From Mesotaenium endlicherianum (taxonomy: Eukaryota), in assembly GCA_009602735.1 (NCBI GenBank), contig WELA01000881.1:110017-130016 (forward strand): a DNA stretch of 20,000 bases, read 5' to 3'. Positions 8,813 through 19,572 of the stretch are shown piece by piece (the stretch's first letter is position 1; each line of letters starts with the position of its first letter). The translations under genes and the position numbers were made by a program. Below the pieces are notes generated by a model. That model did not search any database. It saw only the letters and a program-made list of their open reading frames with translations, and was not told where the DNA came from.

Positions 8813-9589
8813 TTAGGGAGGTGCCCCAGCCGCCCGAAGGTGGAACCGTTTCAACGCCCCTTTGGCATGGGTCAGCTGATCTTTAAATTCCCAAGTGTCC
8901 CCAGAGGCATCGTAACCCTTCCATCGGATGAGGTACTTCATGACATATTTAGACGATCGACGGACCGAGCGAGCGTCTAAAATCTCATCGACCTCATATT
9001 CCTCAGGGTCGCCGTCCCGGACAGCGGGGACCGGTCCCGGTTGGACAGGTAACCGACCTGTGAACAGTGTATCACCTTTGATGTATGGTTCCAGGAAGGA
9101 GACATTAAAGACCGGGTGATCCTTGTAGTCAGCTGACATGTTCAGTTTGAAAGCATTCTGACCGACACGACGGACCACCGAATATGGACCGACCCAGACA
9201 GGGCCAAGCTTTTTCTTGACCACACCAGGGAGGTACAGGTGCTGAGAATGCAGTTTGACTAAATCCCCCTTGGAAAATGTCAGTTCCCGACGGTGTTGAT
9301 TAGCGTATTCTTGTTGGTTTTCTTGGGCCGTGTGCAAGTTTCGTTGGACTTCTGACAGGGTGTCAGCAAACTCCTGAGTTAACTGGAGGGAGACCGGGTT
9401 GTCAATCCCTTCAGGGTGAGTTAAAGATTCCCCTAGCACATCTAGAGGAGACTTAGGGACTCTACCCAGGCTGAGTTCAAAAGGAGTCTTGCCCGTTGAC
9501 GCGTGCACCGCACTGTTGACCGCAAACTGAATTTGAGGCAACAGGTCATCCCAATTATCTTGTTTTTGGTTAATATATGCTCGCAGCAC
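8813..9589 (-). CDS. pol: pol C-terminus: end of integrase core, GPY/F motif and chromodomain (in frame with upstream pol, separated by one TAG)
   Basis: WDDLLPQIQFAVNSAVHASTGKTPF, WVGPYSV and HPVFNVSFLEPY. Chromodomain EYEVDEILDAR...YLIRWKGYDASGDTWE with the aromatic-cage Y/W/Y residues present. Confidence 0.93.
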   Translation of the reverse strand: MLRAYINQKQDNWDDLLPQIQFAVNSAVHASTGKTPFELSLGRVPKSPLDVLGESLTHPEGIDNPVSLQLTQEFADTLSEVQRNLHTAQENQQEYANQHRRELTFSKGDLVKLHSQHLYLPGVVKKKLGPVWVGPYSVVRRVGQNAFKLNMSADYKDHPVFNVSFLEPYIKGDTLFTGRLPVQPGPVPAVRDGDPEEYEVDEILDARSVRRSSKYVMKYLIRWKGYDASGDTWEFKDQLTHAKGALKRFHLRAAGAPP

Positions 9590-9592
9590 CTC

Positions 9593-12529
9593 CTACAGAA
9601 CTCGGTTAGTTGTTTCAGTCTGCCCATCAGTCTGAGGGTGGTTTGCTGTGCTGAGCAGCTGTTTGACTCCCATTATCCCCATTAAAGCTCTCCAGAACTT
9701 AGAGGTGAATTTTGAGTCTCTGTCTGAGATGATATTAGAAGGGAGCCCATGTTGGCATACTACATGGTTGTAAAACTGTCTCGCTATTTCGAGTGCAGTC
9801 ACTTTGACAGTTGTGGGGATAAAAATGACCATTTTTGTCAGTTTATCCACGACTACCAGTATTGAATCATGCCCGTTGGCAGTTCTTGGTAGTGAGACCA
9901 CCCAGTCCATGGATATAGTTTCCCAGCGTCCCGCTGGGATGGGTAGCGGTTGCAAGAGACCTCCGGGTGGTGTGTGCCGAGACTTATTTCTCTGACACTG
10001 GTCACAGGACTTGACATATTTCAAGACCTCCCGGGGTAACCCCTCCCAATGATAATGTTTTGCCAGTTTGCCAACAGTTTTGGCCTGCCCCAAATGTCCA
10101 CCCAGGAGACTGTCATGAGCTTGACTCAGTAAGAGAGACCTTATTTCCAAGTTATTAGGAATGACCAGCTTCAGCCTGCCTGAAGTGGTTTCAGTCACCC
10201 AGACCCCTCCCTTGAGCTTATACCCGAGTGCAGTAGCACGACACACACCAGTAGTGGGGCTGGGCTCAAATGTTGGGTCAGAAAGGTAGGCTTTCCTAAG
10301 TTGTTCAAGGAAGGACTTTTTCACCTTTAGTGAAGTGAGTGCACACAGGACTTTATCTACAGCATGCTGACTAAAGTTCCTTTCTTGCAAGTCAGGTCTT
10401 CTAGAGAGTGCATCAGCAGGATTCAACTTCCCTGGTTTGTAGTCGATCTGGACTTGGAACTGCTCCAGCATCTGGCTCCAGCGGTTCTCCCTCCTCGACA
10501 GCTTGGACTTCTTCTGAAAGTGGGTCAGAGCTAGATGATCTGTAATCACCTTAAAAGCTTTACCATGTAAGTATGCTCTCCACTGTTTGAGTACATGAAT
10601 GATAGCTAGCAGCTCTTTATCATGCACTGAGTAATTAATCTCCGCTGGATTAAATTTCATAGACTCATACAACACAGGATGCCATTCCTGCCGTACCTTA
10701 CCTTCCTTTGTGGTTTTGTCAGCAGGCTGCAACAAAATAGCACCCATGGCAAAATCAGAGGCATCAGTAACCACCTGCACCGGTTTGCTGGGGTCATACA
10801 CGGCTAGCACTGGGGCGGAACAAAGGGCACCTTTAAGGGTCTGGAAGGCAGCCCGCTGCGCTTCCCCCCACACATACCCGGTGTCTTTCTTAGTAAGGTC
10901 AGTCAGTTCACTGGCCTTTGTGGAATAATTCTCAATAAATCTCCTATAGTAGTTAGCCAACCCGATGAAGGATCTAACTTCAAAGACAGACTGTGGTACT
11001 GGCCAGTCCCTTATGGTCTGCACTTTCTTAGGATCCACACTGATGCCCTCTTTACTGACAACGTGGCCTAAGAATTCAATATTTTCCTTAAAGAAATCAC
11101 ACTTGCTCATTTTAGCATACAAGTGATTTTTCCGCAGAGTGTCCAGAACTTTCTTTAAGTGTTCAGTGTGCTGAGCTTCATCTTTAGAGAAAATTAAAAT
11201 ATCATCCAGGAAAACTTGCACAAACTTATCCAAATAAGGTCTGAAAATGTCATTCATAGCACCCATAAAGGTAGCAGGAGCATTAGTCAGTCCAAATGGC
11301 ATCACGTTGAACTCATAGTGTCCATAACGTGTGCGGAAAGCAGTCTTGTGTTCATCCCCCTCAGCAATTCTGATTTGATGATAACCACTCTTGAGATCTA
11401 TCTTACTGAACACCTTAGCGCCAGACAGGGTATCAAGCAAGTCCTCGATCCTGGGTAAAGCATACTTGTTCTTTACTGTAATTCTGTTCAGGGCTCTGTA
11501 ATCCACACACATCCGCATACTGCCATCCTTTTTCTTAACAAATAGGATAGGTGCGCCGTACGGTGATTTACTGGGAGAAATGTAACCATTTTCCTCCAGC
11601 TCTGCAATCTGTGTTTTCAACTCCTCGCTCTCCAAATAAGACAAGCCATAAGTGCGTTGCCAGGGTGGCTGGCTACCAGGTAATAGATCAATCCTATGAT
11701 CTACTTCCCTTTTAGGGGGTAGTCCTGGAGGCATGTTAAACACATCAGTGTACTGAGCAACAATTTTTGCAGCAGTAGGGTGCTCCGGAGGGCTTACCTT
11801 TTTCTCAACCACTTCTTCAGGTTGAGGAGGTACCTCTCTTAGCAGCAGACAGAACATTCTGTCTTCCTTCTGGTTCCAGCTTTTGACGAACTCCATTGCA
11901 TTCAGCAACTTGCATCCTTCTGGAAGCCTCTTCTTTTCCTTCATTTGCCATCCACACAGGACAAGAGGAAGAGCACTGGTGGGTGCCAAGTCAGTCTGCC
12001 CATCACTGGCTCCTCTCACTTTAACTGTACCTCTGCTCCAACACACTTCAGCTGGATGCCTATTAAGCCAGGACCTGCCTAGCACGAGATCATAAAAGCC
12101 AGTGTTGAGTACCTCAAATGTAAGCGTTTCAGTTAGAACTGCAATGCCAGAACCTAACTGGACCTCAATAGGCTCAGTTATAACTCCTCTCGGGATACTT
12201 GAGGCATCTCCAAGGAATATTTTTCTATTCTCTTGGGTGACAGTAGGCAGCCTTAGCCGCTTAACTAAGTCCTTGTGAACAAAAGTATGTGACGCCCCTC
12301 CGTTAACAAATGCCCTCACCTTCCTACCTGCAATCATGCAATGCAATAGGATATGGGGGACTATCTTTTCCTGACTTTCGCATGGTTCTCCTGACGTAGC
12401 AAAGAAATGTTGGACTTCAGGTGGAACAAGAGCATCCAGAGTGTGCACTCTCTGGACGTCTATATTACTGATGGTCTCCTTTATCTGTTTGGCAGGCATG
12501 CATAGTGAATCCAGTTCAGCAGGACCCAT
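9593..12529 (-). CDS. pol: pol polyprotein (protease, RT, RNase H, integrase). The true start is probably the -1 frameshift at about 12616-12622; premature TAG at 9593-9595
   Basis: [50 protein letters not shown] and [26 protein letters not shown] and [34 protein letters not shown] and HPQTDGQTE. Confidence 0.97.
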   Translation of the reverse strand: MGPAELDSLCMPAKQIKETISNIDVQRVHTLDALVPPEVQHFFATSGEPCESQEKIVPHILLHCMIAGRKVRAFVNGGASHTFVHKDLVKRLRLPTVTQENRKIFLGDASSIPRGVITEPIEVQLGSGIAVLTETLTFEVLNTGFYDLVLGRSWLNRHPAEVCWSRGTVKVRGASDGQTDLAPTSALPLVLCGWQMKEKKRLPEGCKLLNAMEFVKSWNQKEDRMFCLLLREVPPQPEEVVEKKVSPPEHPTAAKIVAQYTDVFNMPPGLPPKREVDHRIDLLPGSQPPWQRTYGLSYLESEELKTQIAELEENGYISPSKSPYGAPILFVKKKDGSMRMCVDYRALNRITVKNKYALPRIEDLLDTLSGAKVFSKIDLKSGYHQIRIAEGDEHKTAFRTRYGHYEFNVMPFGLTNAPATFMGAMNDIFRPYLDKFVQVFLDDILIFSKDEAQHTEHLKKVLDTLRKNHLYAKMSKCDFFKENIEFLGHVVSKEGISVDPKKVQTIRDWPVPQSVFEVRSFIGLANYYRRFIENYSTKASELTDLTKKDTGYVWGEAQRAAFQTLKGALCSAPVLAVYDPSKPVQVVTDASDFAMGAILLQPADKTTKEGKVRQEWHPVLYESMKFNPAEINYSVHDKELLAIIHVLKQWRAYLHGKAFKVITDHLALTHFQKKSKLSRRENRWSQMLEQFQVQIDYKPGKLNPADALSRRPDLQERNFSQHAVDKVLCALTSLKVKKSFLEQLRKAYLSDPTFEPSPTTGVCRATALGYKLKGGVWVTETTSGRLKLVIPNNLEIRSLLLSQAHDSLLGGHLGQAKTVGKLAKHYHWEGLPREVLKYVKSCDQCQRNKSRHTPPGGLLQPLPIPAGRWETISMDWVVSLPRTANGHDSILVVVDKLTKMVIFIPTTVKVTALEIARQFYNHVVCQHGLPSNIISDRDSKFTSKFWRALMGIMGVKQLLSTANHPQTDGQTETTNRVL

Positions 12530-12580
12530 AATACCTGCTACGAGGGCAGCTAGTGACGACTCACTATCTCTAGCATCCTC

Positions 12581-12622
12581 ACAGTCAGTAGACTGGATTA
12601 CTGACTGTTGCTGTCTTTTAAA
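12581..12622 (-). promoter_or_regulatory. Programmed -1 ribosomal frameshift signal (slippery heptamer plus stem-loop)
   Basis: U_UUA_AAA (12622-12616) is phased X_XXY_YYZ in the gag frame. It is followed by a 7-nt spacer and a perfect 10-bp stem ACAGTCAGTA-8nt-TACTGACTGT (12608-12581). pol is in the -1 frame and open across the site. Conserved at 19531-19572. Confidence 0.85.
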
Positions 12623-14076
12623 GGCTGGTCTTTTCTCTCGACCTTAGGCAGGTGCTTGACCGGACACTGTTCTCTGTAGTGGCCTTTCTGCTGACAATGG
12701 TAGCAAGTAGATTTTGCTGAGGCTGGTCTCGGCTTAGTCCTACCACCACCCCTTCCATAGCCACCTCGAGAGGGACCACCTCTACCTCTAGACTGAATAG
12801 CATTGTACTCATACTCATATTCATCACCCTGATTATCCTCAGCCTGGTCTCCTTCAACTGCATTGTAGGAACCGTGGGGCTTTTTGACAATCTTAGACAC
12901 CAAAGCGTTACTCTGGCGCTTGTGATTGAACTGCTGCTGATCCCAGGCGTCAGCATCCTGGATCAAGTCAGCCAGTTTCTCATACTTTTTCTCAGCAAAA
13001 TGACCAGAGACCTCGGATTTCAAGCCATACCTGAAGTATGCTATCCTATACCGTTCTGGCAAATCAGGCTGCTTCATCATGTTCTCTTGGAACTTTTGAG
13101 CAAACTCAGCAACTGAAGTGGTCTGCTTCAGTGTCAGGGAGATCATCGCATAGATAGCTTTCTCCTGCTGGTTGATGACATCAAACTTCTCATGCAACTT
13201 CTCGACAAACTCTACCCACGTAGGGTCACCGAGTTGCCGAGCCTTACGCTCTTCCTTCCAGTAAAGCCACCAGTCTGCGGCACTGCCTTTCAGTAGCGCA
13301 CCGGTGTGCCTGACCTTCTCGTAATCTTGCAGTTCTGGGTAGTTCTCCAGCCACTGCTCAACATCCGCGAGAAACTTGATCAGGTAATATTTTCTGTTTC
13401 CCTCAGGATCATAGTCCTGGGGAGGTTTCGGCTTGGGCTTACTAGGCCCTCGGCCACCACCACTAGTGGTGTGAGACCCCAGTTGGTCTCTGTCCCGGAG
13501 TAGGGACATTATGATTCTTTTGTCCTCCTGCTGGGACTGATACATGGTCGCCATTTGCGACTGCATCTGAACGAACAATGCTCCCAAGTCTACATTTTGG
13601 GGTGGTAGATTAGCAAATGCAGCAGCAGCATTGGCATCTACTCGCTGAGTAGTGTCCTCAACAATCCCTCTTGCTCCTGCAGCAGCAATTCCTGCCGCAT
13701 TCAGCCGGTCACGTATTTGACCTAGGGGTACATTGAGTTGTACGGCAGGAGGTGGGTTCAGAACATTGGCCCTTGATGCCATAAGTTCTTCAACAGTGCG
13801 CTCGTCAGCTGGCTGTCCTTCCCTCCTTTGTATATCTTCAGCGGCCTTTGCTACTTGTTCAGCTTCTAGTCTGGCTATCTCCTCCTCAGCTTGCTGAGCT
13901 GCGACTGAGGCAATAGCAGCTGCCTCATCTGCTGCCTCCCTAGCTGCAGTATCCGCTACTGCTTCCGAATAGGTACGGTTTCCCGCTACATGGCTTTCCG
14001 CCTGGTTTTCGACATTCTCGTTATCCTGGTTCTCCATGTCTCGGGAGTTGCTAGTTTGAGACCTTGTCCTTACCAT
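12598..14076 (-). CDS. gag: Gag (492 aa): Ala/Glu-rich N-terminus, retrotransposon capsid region, RGG box, CCHC zinc knuckle
   Basis: ATG 22 nt after the [45 protein letters not shown] and [14 protein letters not shown]. Confidence 0.96.
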   Translation of the reverse strand: MVRTRSQTSNSRDMENQDNENVENQAESHVAGNRTYSEAVADTAAREAADEAAAIASVAAQQAEEEIARLEAEQVAKAAEDIQRREGQPADERTVEELMASRANVLNPPPAVQLNVPLGQIRDRLNAAGIAAAGARGIVEDTTQRVDANAAAAFANLPPQNVDLGALFVQMQSQMATMYQSQQEDKRIIMSLLRDRDQLGSHTTSGGGRGPSKPKPKPPQDYDPEGNRKYYLIKFLADVEQWLENYPELQDYEKVRHTGALLKGSAADWWLYWKEERKARQLGDPTWVEFVEKLHEKFDVINQQEKAIYAMISLTLKQTTSVAEFAQKFQENMMKQPDLPERYRIAYFRYGLKSEVSGHFAEKKYEKLADLIQDADAWDQQQFNHKRQSNALVSKIVKKPHGSYNAVEGDQAEDNQGDEYEYEYNAIQSRGRGGPSRGGYGRGGGRTKPRPASAKSTCYHCQQKGHYREQCPVKHLPKVERKDQPLKDSNSQ

Positions 14077-14097
14077 ACAAAGAAGACTGTGATAACT

Positions 14098-14109
14098 GCT
14101 CCGATACCA
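14098..14109 (-). promoter_or_regulatory. Primer-binding site for initiator tRNA-Met
   Basis: TGGTATCGGAGC, 1 nt after the 5' LTR end. The plant iMet PBS consensus is TGGTATCAGAGC; the A>G change still allows G-U pairing. Confidence 0.88.
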
Positions 14110-14110
14110 C

Positions 14111-14820
14111 TGAAATGAATCGACTTACCAAATAGGCGATTAACAATTAATAAAGATCTTTATATCAGCAAGTAATCTTTATGGTATTTCCGTTAACTAG
14201 TTAAACGGCAAAGGACAACACACTAGCAGGGAATAATACTCGTAAGTCAAATGCGAGTAAACTAGCATCAATGATGCAAATCAGTAAAATCATACATAAG
14301 CAAGGTTAGAAGACAGTGCGTATCAATGGCTTCTCGCCTTGGATTCAGATCCTCTCAGTAAGCTGTACAAGAGAGTTGGCCTCGTTTCCGAATACCCAAC
14401 TCGAGAGCAATGTCTAGCGTATGTACATGGAATGAGTTTACTGTTCAACGGTCAGTGCGATGGCACCGCCTACCCGGGAGTTAACCACGTTGGTAGGACC
14501 TCGGTTAACCAAATCCACCGCCATCTCCCATCATCCCGAATCGCCATCCATCATAGGGATGTCATCTGGCCATTCATCTAGCATACCACACTTAGATGCA
14601 TATTGAGGCAGTTCGCTGCTACCGAGTACGGAAGTCAAAGAATGTGTCAGCAAGCTGACTTAAGGTGACCTCAGCCTGCTACTTCCGGCCAAGTCATTAA
14701 ACTGATATTAAGTNATAAAGTCCAGCATACTGATTGTTTAACTAGAGTTCAGCAGGCTGAACTTATTTAACTATATTATTTAAATGAATATTATATCGAC
14801 CAGTATACTGATTCATTACA
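14111..14820 (-). repeat. 5' LTR (710 bp)
   Basis: Matches 6015-6733 with about 8 substitutions counted by eye, one 11-bp deletion (AGCTGGCTGTC), one extra T and one N at 14714. Confidence 0.97.
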
Positions 14821-16251
14821 CTAGGAACGAGCATTACGAGCACCTGAAATTGGTGTTACAAATCCTTCGCGAGCAACAGCTGTATGCTAAGCTCATGAAA
14901 TGGTCCTTCCTAAAGGATGAACTGTTGTACCTTGGCCATATTGTGGGTTCAGAAGGGGTGCGCCCTGACCCAGCCAAGATTGCGTGTGTTGAAGATTGGC
15001 CTGTCCTGACAGATGTCCATACAGTTCGTTTCTTGGAGTTGCTAACTACTTTCGTACGTTTATGCAAGGTCATTTAATGATTGCAACAACACTCACTGCT
15101 CTGAAGAGGAAAAATACGACGTTCATCTGAAATGAGAATACGCAGCATGCGTTTGAGCACATTAAGTATGCACTCCCTAATGCGCCATTCCTGTCATTGG
15201 CCGATCCCGACTTGCCTTACGAGGTGGACGTAGATGTGACCGGTGTTGGCATAGGGGTTGTTTTGTCGCAGACAGGCAAGCCCATTTGTTTTGAGAGTTG
15301 AAAGCTGACATAATTACTCAACGACAGAGCAGGAGCTTTGAGCAGTCATCTACGATGTGAAAGTTTGGCGATGTTATGTAAAAGGCTGCAAGGGTTTAAC
15401 AGTAGTTAAGGACCACTACCCAAATGCTTTCTTCCAAATTCAACCAACGCTATCAAGGCGGCAGATGCAAAAGTCTGAATCTTGCAACGATTCCACTTTA
15501 ACTGGGCGCAACACTGTTGCAGACCCTCTAAGTTGAATCCCCTATCACCACTTGATGTTGGGGACTGTTGCGAGTTTGCAAGAACAAAATGGTCAGGTTT
15601 CGAGGGCGGCCACCCTTGCTTCTGCTGTACCCACCCCGACATGTACAAATGCATTCCTGTCTGGTGACGGGGGAGAACCCAATTTAGATAGCACGCACAC
15701 CTTTGAATCACTTGACCCGCATCAAGTGTTTCAAGAGGGCTATCTCAAAGATTTGTTTTTCGTAGATCGCCAGGGTACGAGCTTGAACGGTGTAGTTGTA
15801 ACGATTAACTGTATAAACACAAGGAAAGAGCTCTCAGACTATTTGTTTGAGGATAATTTTGGTGGCATGATGGGCGCATTGTTGTCCCAGAAGGCTGGGG
15901 AAGACATGCTGCTACAAGAAGCGCATGACTTTGCTTACTCTAGTCATCAAGGAAACACCGAAACCACACACGCGTTGCGCATGATGGTACGTTTTGCCGT
16001 CTCTTAAAGTTGATGTTGCCGAGTACAATATCAACTGCGCAACATGTCAGAGGAACATGCCGACCAATACATTGCCCGCTGGAAAGTTGCAACCTTTAGA
16101 ACTTGGAGGTGCTCCCTCGGAAAACATAAGCCTCGATTTTGTCGTGGACTTACCTACCATCGATACAGGACCCAATGGGGTGTTAACGATATTGGATTGT
16201 TTCACTAAGATGGTACTCTAATTCATCACTTGACGCAATAGAGACCGCTCG
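14821..16251 (+). pseudogene. pol: Continuation of the decayed host gypsy pol (RT C-half, RNase H, integrase N-half)
   Basis: QQLYAKLMKWSF, YLGHIVGSEGVRPDPAKI, GIGVVLSQTGKPICFES, NYSTTEQEL, LLQEAHD, CATCQR, GKLQPL, ISLDFVVDLP and DCFTKMV. Ends abruptly at LDAIETAR (16251-16252). Confidence 0.92.
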
Positions 16252-16946
16252 TGAAAGAGGCAAAATGCCCTAGTGGAAGCGTAGTGACTTCGACGAAAGG
16301 AACTAGTTGCAATCATATTAAAGAGTGCAGCGGCATATCACTAAGAAAGCTTAGGGAAAATACTCAACATTTAGAGTAGCATGAAACTGCTCAAAAATGG
16401 TGTGGGATGAAAGGCCTTGTCAATACAAACCCGTACAAATTTACAGAAGTGAAAATTGATAAGAAACAAAGAAGTTGTGCCTATTTATAGTCTTTTGCCT
16501 AAGTGCTCCTCTCTAGGAGGAAGCTACGAGATTTTCCTAAGTGTTTGTCAATTCGTCTCTCTTAAAAGATTTGTGAGTAAGCCAGATCAGTCTCATCTCA
16601 CGTGTCAGGTCAAATTGACGTCCACATACATGTATCGACATGATTAGAATATTCTATCCTAGGCGCGCTAGGCTAAACCGAAACTTCTACTAAAAATCGA
16701 CCTGGTCGGCACGCCGCGTTAGCCGAAATTACGTGAAGGTTCGATTTCATTCTAACGGGCTGGATCGCTCGACGCTGTCGGTCAATTTGACGGTCGCGCT
16801 CACCGCGAATGAAGAACAGTTGTCAACTGACCTCAAAACTAATTAAACTCGAAATCCATAACTCTCTTAATACTTGACCAAATTCGATGAACTTTATATC
16901 AAAATGACCACAAAAAAGCACTCTATACTACTAAACAATCAAAACA
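16252..16946 (-). mobile_element. Probable solo-LTR-like segment of a third family, without matching TSD
   Basis: About 695 bp, non-coding. Starts with TG exactly where host integrase similarity stops and ends with CA just before copy 2 begins. Minus-strand TATA motif CTATAAATAGG at 16480-16490. Flanks GCTCG and TACTT do not match. Confidence 0.55.
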
Positions 16947-16954
16947 TACTTTCT

Positions 16955-17154
16955 GCTTTTCTGTCCATTTCTTCCTGCCTCAGTCTAGCCTGTTCCTCCT
17001 CCTCCTTCTTCTTCTTTGCCTCCCGCTATTGTTGGAGTCGTTGTGATTCCCCAGCGGAGATGGAGGATGATTCGATGTCTCCACGGAATTGCAAGTATTC
17101 TGCATGTGCCTCTTCCGCCCTTCTCTTCCTCTTGAGTTTCGACTTTTGAGTCAT
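16955..17154 (-). pseudogene. Remnant of the accessory gene N-terminus in copy 2
   Basis: MTQKSKLKRKRRAEEAHAEYLQFRGDIESSSISAGESQRLQQ*REAKKKKEEEEQARLRQEEMDRKA, with a CAG>TAG stop at 17026-17028. Truncated by the LTR-like segment. Confidence 0.8.
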
Positions 17155-17479
17155 CCTGCTCAATCATAAACACAATGCAGTTTGTGAAGTCATGATATTT
17201 TGCCGCTACTGAGTGCCCTTGATGAAGAGGAACGCGATCGGGAGAGTTCCTAGTGTGGAATACCTGGTGTGAGTGAATATAAGGGAAATTTGAGTTTAGG
17301 GAGCAAGTGAGTGTGAGCGCAGGTTTAGTGTGTACTATGGTGATCAGAGAATACCACTCCCTCCTACTTAATTTTAAAGGTGGGCTACCTGTCACAACTG
17401 TCACTAATTGTCACATCCCCCTCCAACTTAAATGGAGACAGGACCTCCTGTCATGTTCTTATGTCTACTGAAGGGACAG

Positions 17480-19572
17480 TTAGGGCGGTGCCTCAGCCAC
17501 CTGAAGGTGGAACCGCTTCAACGCCCCTTCGGCATTGGTCACCTGGTCTTTAAACTCCCAAGTGTCCCCAGAGGCATCGTAACCTTTCCATCGGATGAGG
17601 TACTTCATAACATATTTAGACGATCGACGGACCGAGCGAGCGTCTAAAATTTCATCGACCTCATATTCCTCAGTATCGTCGTCCCGAACAGCGGGGACCG
17701 GTCCCGGTTGGACAGGTAACCGACCTGTGAACAGTGTATCACCTTTGATGTATGGTTCCAGGAAGGAGACATTAAAGACCGGGTGACCCTTGTAGTCCGC
17801 TGACATGTTCAGTTTGAAAGCATTCTGACCGACATGACGCGCTACCGAATATGGACCGACCCGGACAGGTCCAAGCTTTTTCTTGACCACACCAGGGAGG
17901 TACAAGTGTTGAGAATGCAATTTGTCTGAATCGCCCTTAGAAAATGTCAACTCCCGACGGTGTTGATTAGCGTATTTTTGTTGGTTTTCTTGGGCTTTGT
18001 GCAGGTTTTGTTGGACTTCTGACAGTGTGTCAGCAAACTCTCGAGTTAACTGGAGGGAGACCGGATTGTCAATCCCTTTAGGGTCAGTTAAAGACTACCC
18101 CAGAACATCTAAAGGAGACATAGGGGCTCTACCCAAGCTGAGTTTAAAAGGAGTCTTGCCCGTTGACGCGTGCACCGCACTGTTGACTGCAAACTGAATT
18201 TGAGGCAACAGGTCATCCCAATTATCTTGTTTTTGCTTAATATATGCTCTCAGCACCTCCTGCGAAACTCGGTTAGTTCTTTCAATCTGCCCATCAGTCT
18301 GAGGGTGGTTTGCTGTGCTGAGCAGCTGTTTGACTCCCATTAACCCCATTAAAGCTCTCCAGAACTTGGAGGTGAATTTTGAATCTCTGTCTGAGATGAT
18401 ATTAGAAGGGAGCCCATGTTGGCATACTACATGGTTGTAGAATTGTCTCCCTGTTTCGAGTGCAGTTACTTTAACAGTTGTGGGGATAAAAATGACCATT
18501 TTTGTCAATTTATCCACGACTACCAATATTGAATCATGCCCATTGTCAGTTCTTGGTAGTGAGACCACCCACTCTATAGTTTCCCAGCGTCTAGCTGGGA
18601 TGGGCAGTGGTTGCAAAAGACCTCCGGGTGGTGTGTGTCGAGACTTATTTCTCTGACACTGGTCACAGGACTTCACATATTTCAAGACCTCCCGGGGTAA
18701 CCCCTCCCAATGATAATGTTTTGCCAGTTTGCCAACAGTTTTGGTCTGCCCCAAATGTCCACCCAGGAGACTGTCATGCGCTTGACTCAGTAAGAGAGAC
18801 CTTATTTCCAAGTTATTAGGAATGACCAGCTTCAGCCTGCCTGAAGTGGTTTCAGTCACCCAGACCCCTCCGTTAAGCTTATACCCAAGTGCAGTAGCAC
18901 GACACGTACCAGTAGTGGGGCTGGGCTCAAATGTTGGGTCAGAAAGGTAGGCTTTTCTAAGTTGTTCAAGGAAGGACTTTTTCACCTTTAGTGAAGTGAG
19001 TGCACACAGGACTTTATCTACAGCATGCTGACTAAAGTTCCTTTCTTGCAAGTCAGGTCTTCTAGAGAGCGCATCAGCAGGATTCAACTTTCCAGGTTTG
19101 TAGTCGATCTGGACTTGGAATTGCTCCAGCATCTGGCTCCAGCGGTTCTCCCTCCTCGACAGCTTAGACTTCTTCTGAAAGTGGGTCGAAGCTAGATGAT
19201 CTGTAATCACCTAAAAGGCTTTACCATGTAAGTATGCTCTCCACCCTTTGAGCACATGAATGATAGCTAGCAGCTCCTTATCATGCCCTGAGTAATTAGG
19301 ATAGGGGGAACCGTCATTTCCTGACTTTCGCATTGTTCTCCTGACTTAGCAAAGAAAAGTTGGACATCAGGTGGAAGAAGAGCATCCAGAGTGTGCACTC
19401 TCTGGACGTCTATATAGCTGATGGTCTCCTTTATCTGGTTGTCAGGCATGCATAGTGAATCCAGTTCAGCAGGACCTATAATACCTGCTACGAGGGCAGC
19501 TAGTGACGACTCACTATCTCTAGCATCCTCACAGTCAGTAGACTGGGTTACTGACTGTTGTTGTCTTTTAAA
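17480..19572 (-). pseudogene. pol: Deleted pol of copy 2 (spacer, RNase H C-half, integrase, chromodomain)
   Basis: ORFs 18095-19210 and 17480-17950 are in frame around one TAG (18095-18097). PR, RT and the RH N-half are deleted at junction 19297-19298. Integrase WETISMDWV has become WETIEWV. Confidence 0.93.

Larger units (their letters stand above)
6015..14820 (-). mobile_element. Full-length Ty3/gypsy LTR retrotransposon (chromovirus), 8806 bp, with an extra 3' gene
   Basis: Two LTRs with TG..CA ends, 5-bp TSD, PBS, PPT and gag. pol domains are in the gypsy order PR-RT-RH-IN followed by a chromodomain. Confidence 0.98.

Noticed and set aside
9593..9595. Programmed stop-codon readthrough in integrase
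   Set aside because: Copy 2 has CAG here and the site is inside the catalytic core region, so a point mutation is the simpler explanation.
14714..14714. N in the 5' LTR as evidence of a false LTR pair
   Set aside because: Sequence on both sides is colinear with the other LTR, and the TSD and host reading frame match across the element. It remains a minor assembly caveat.
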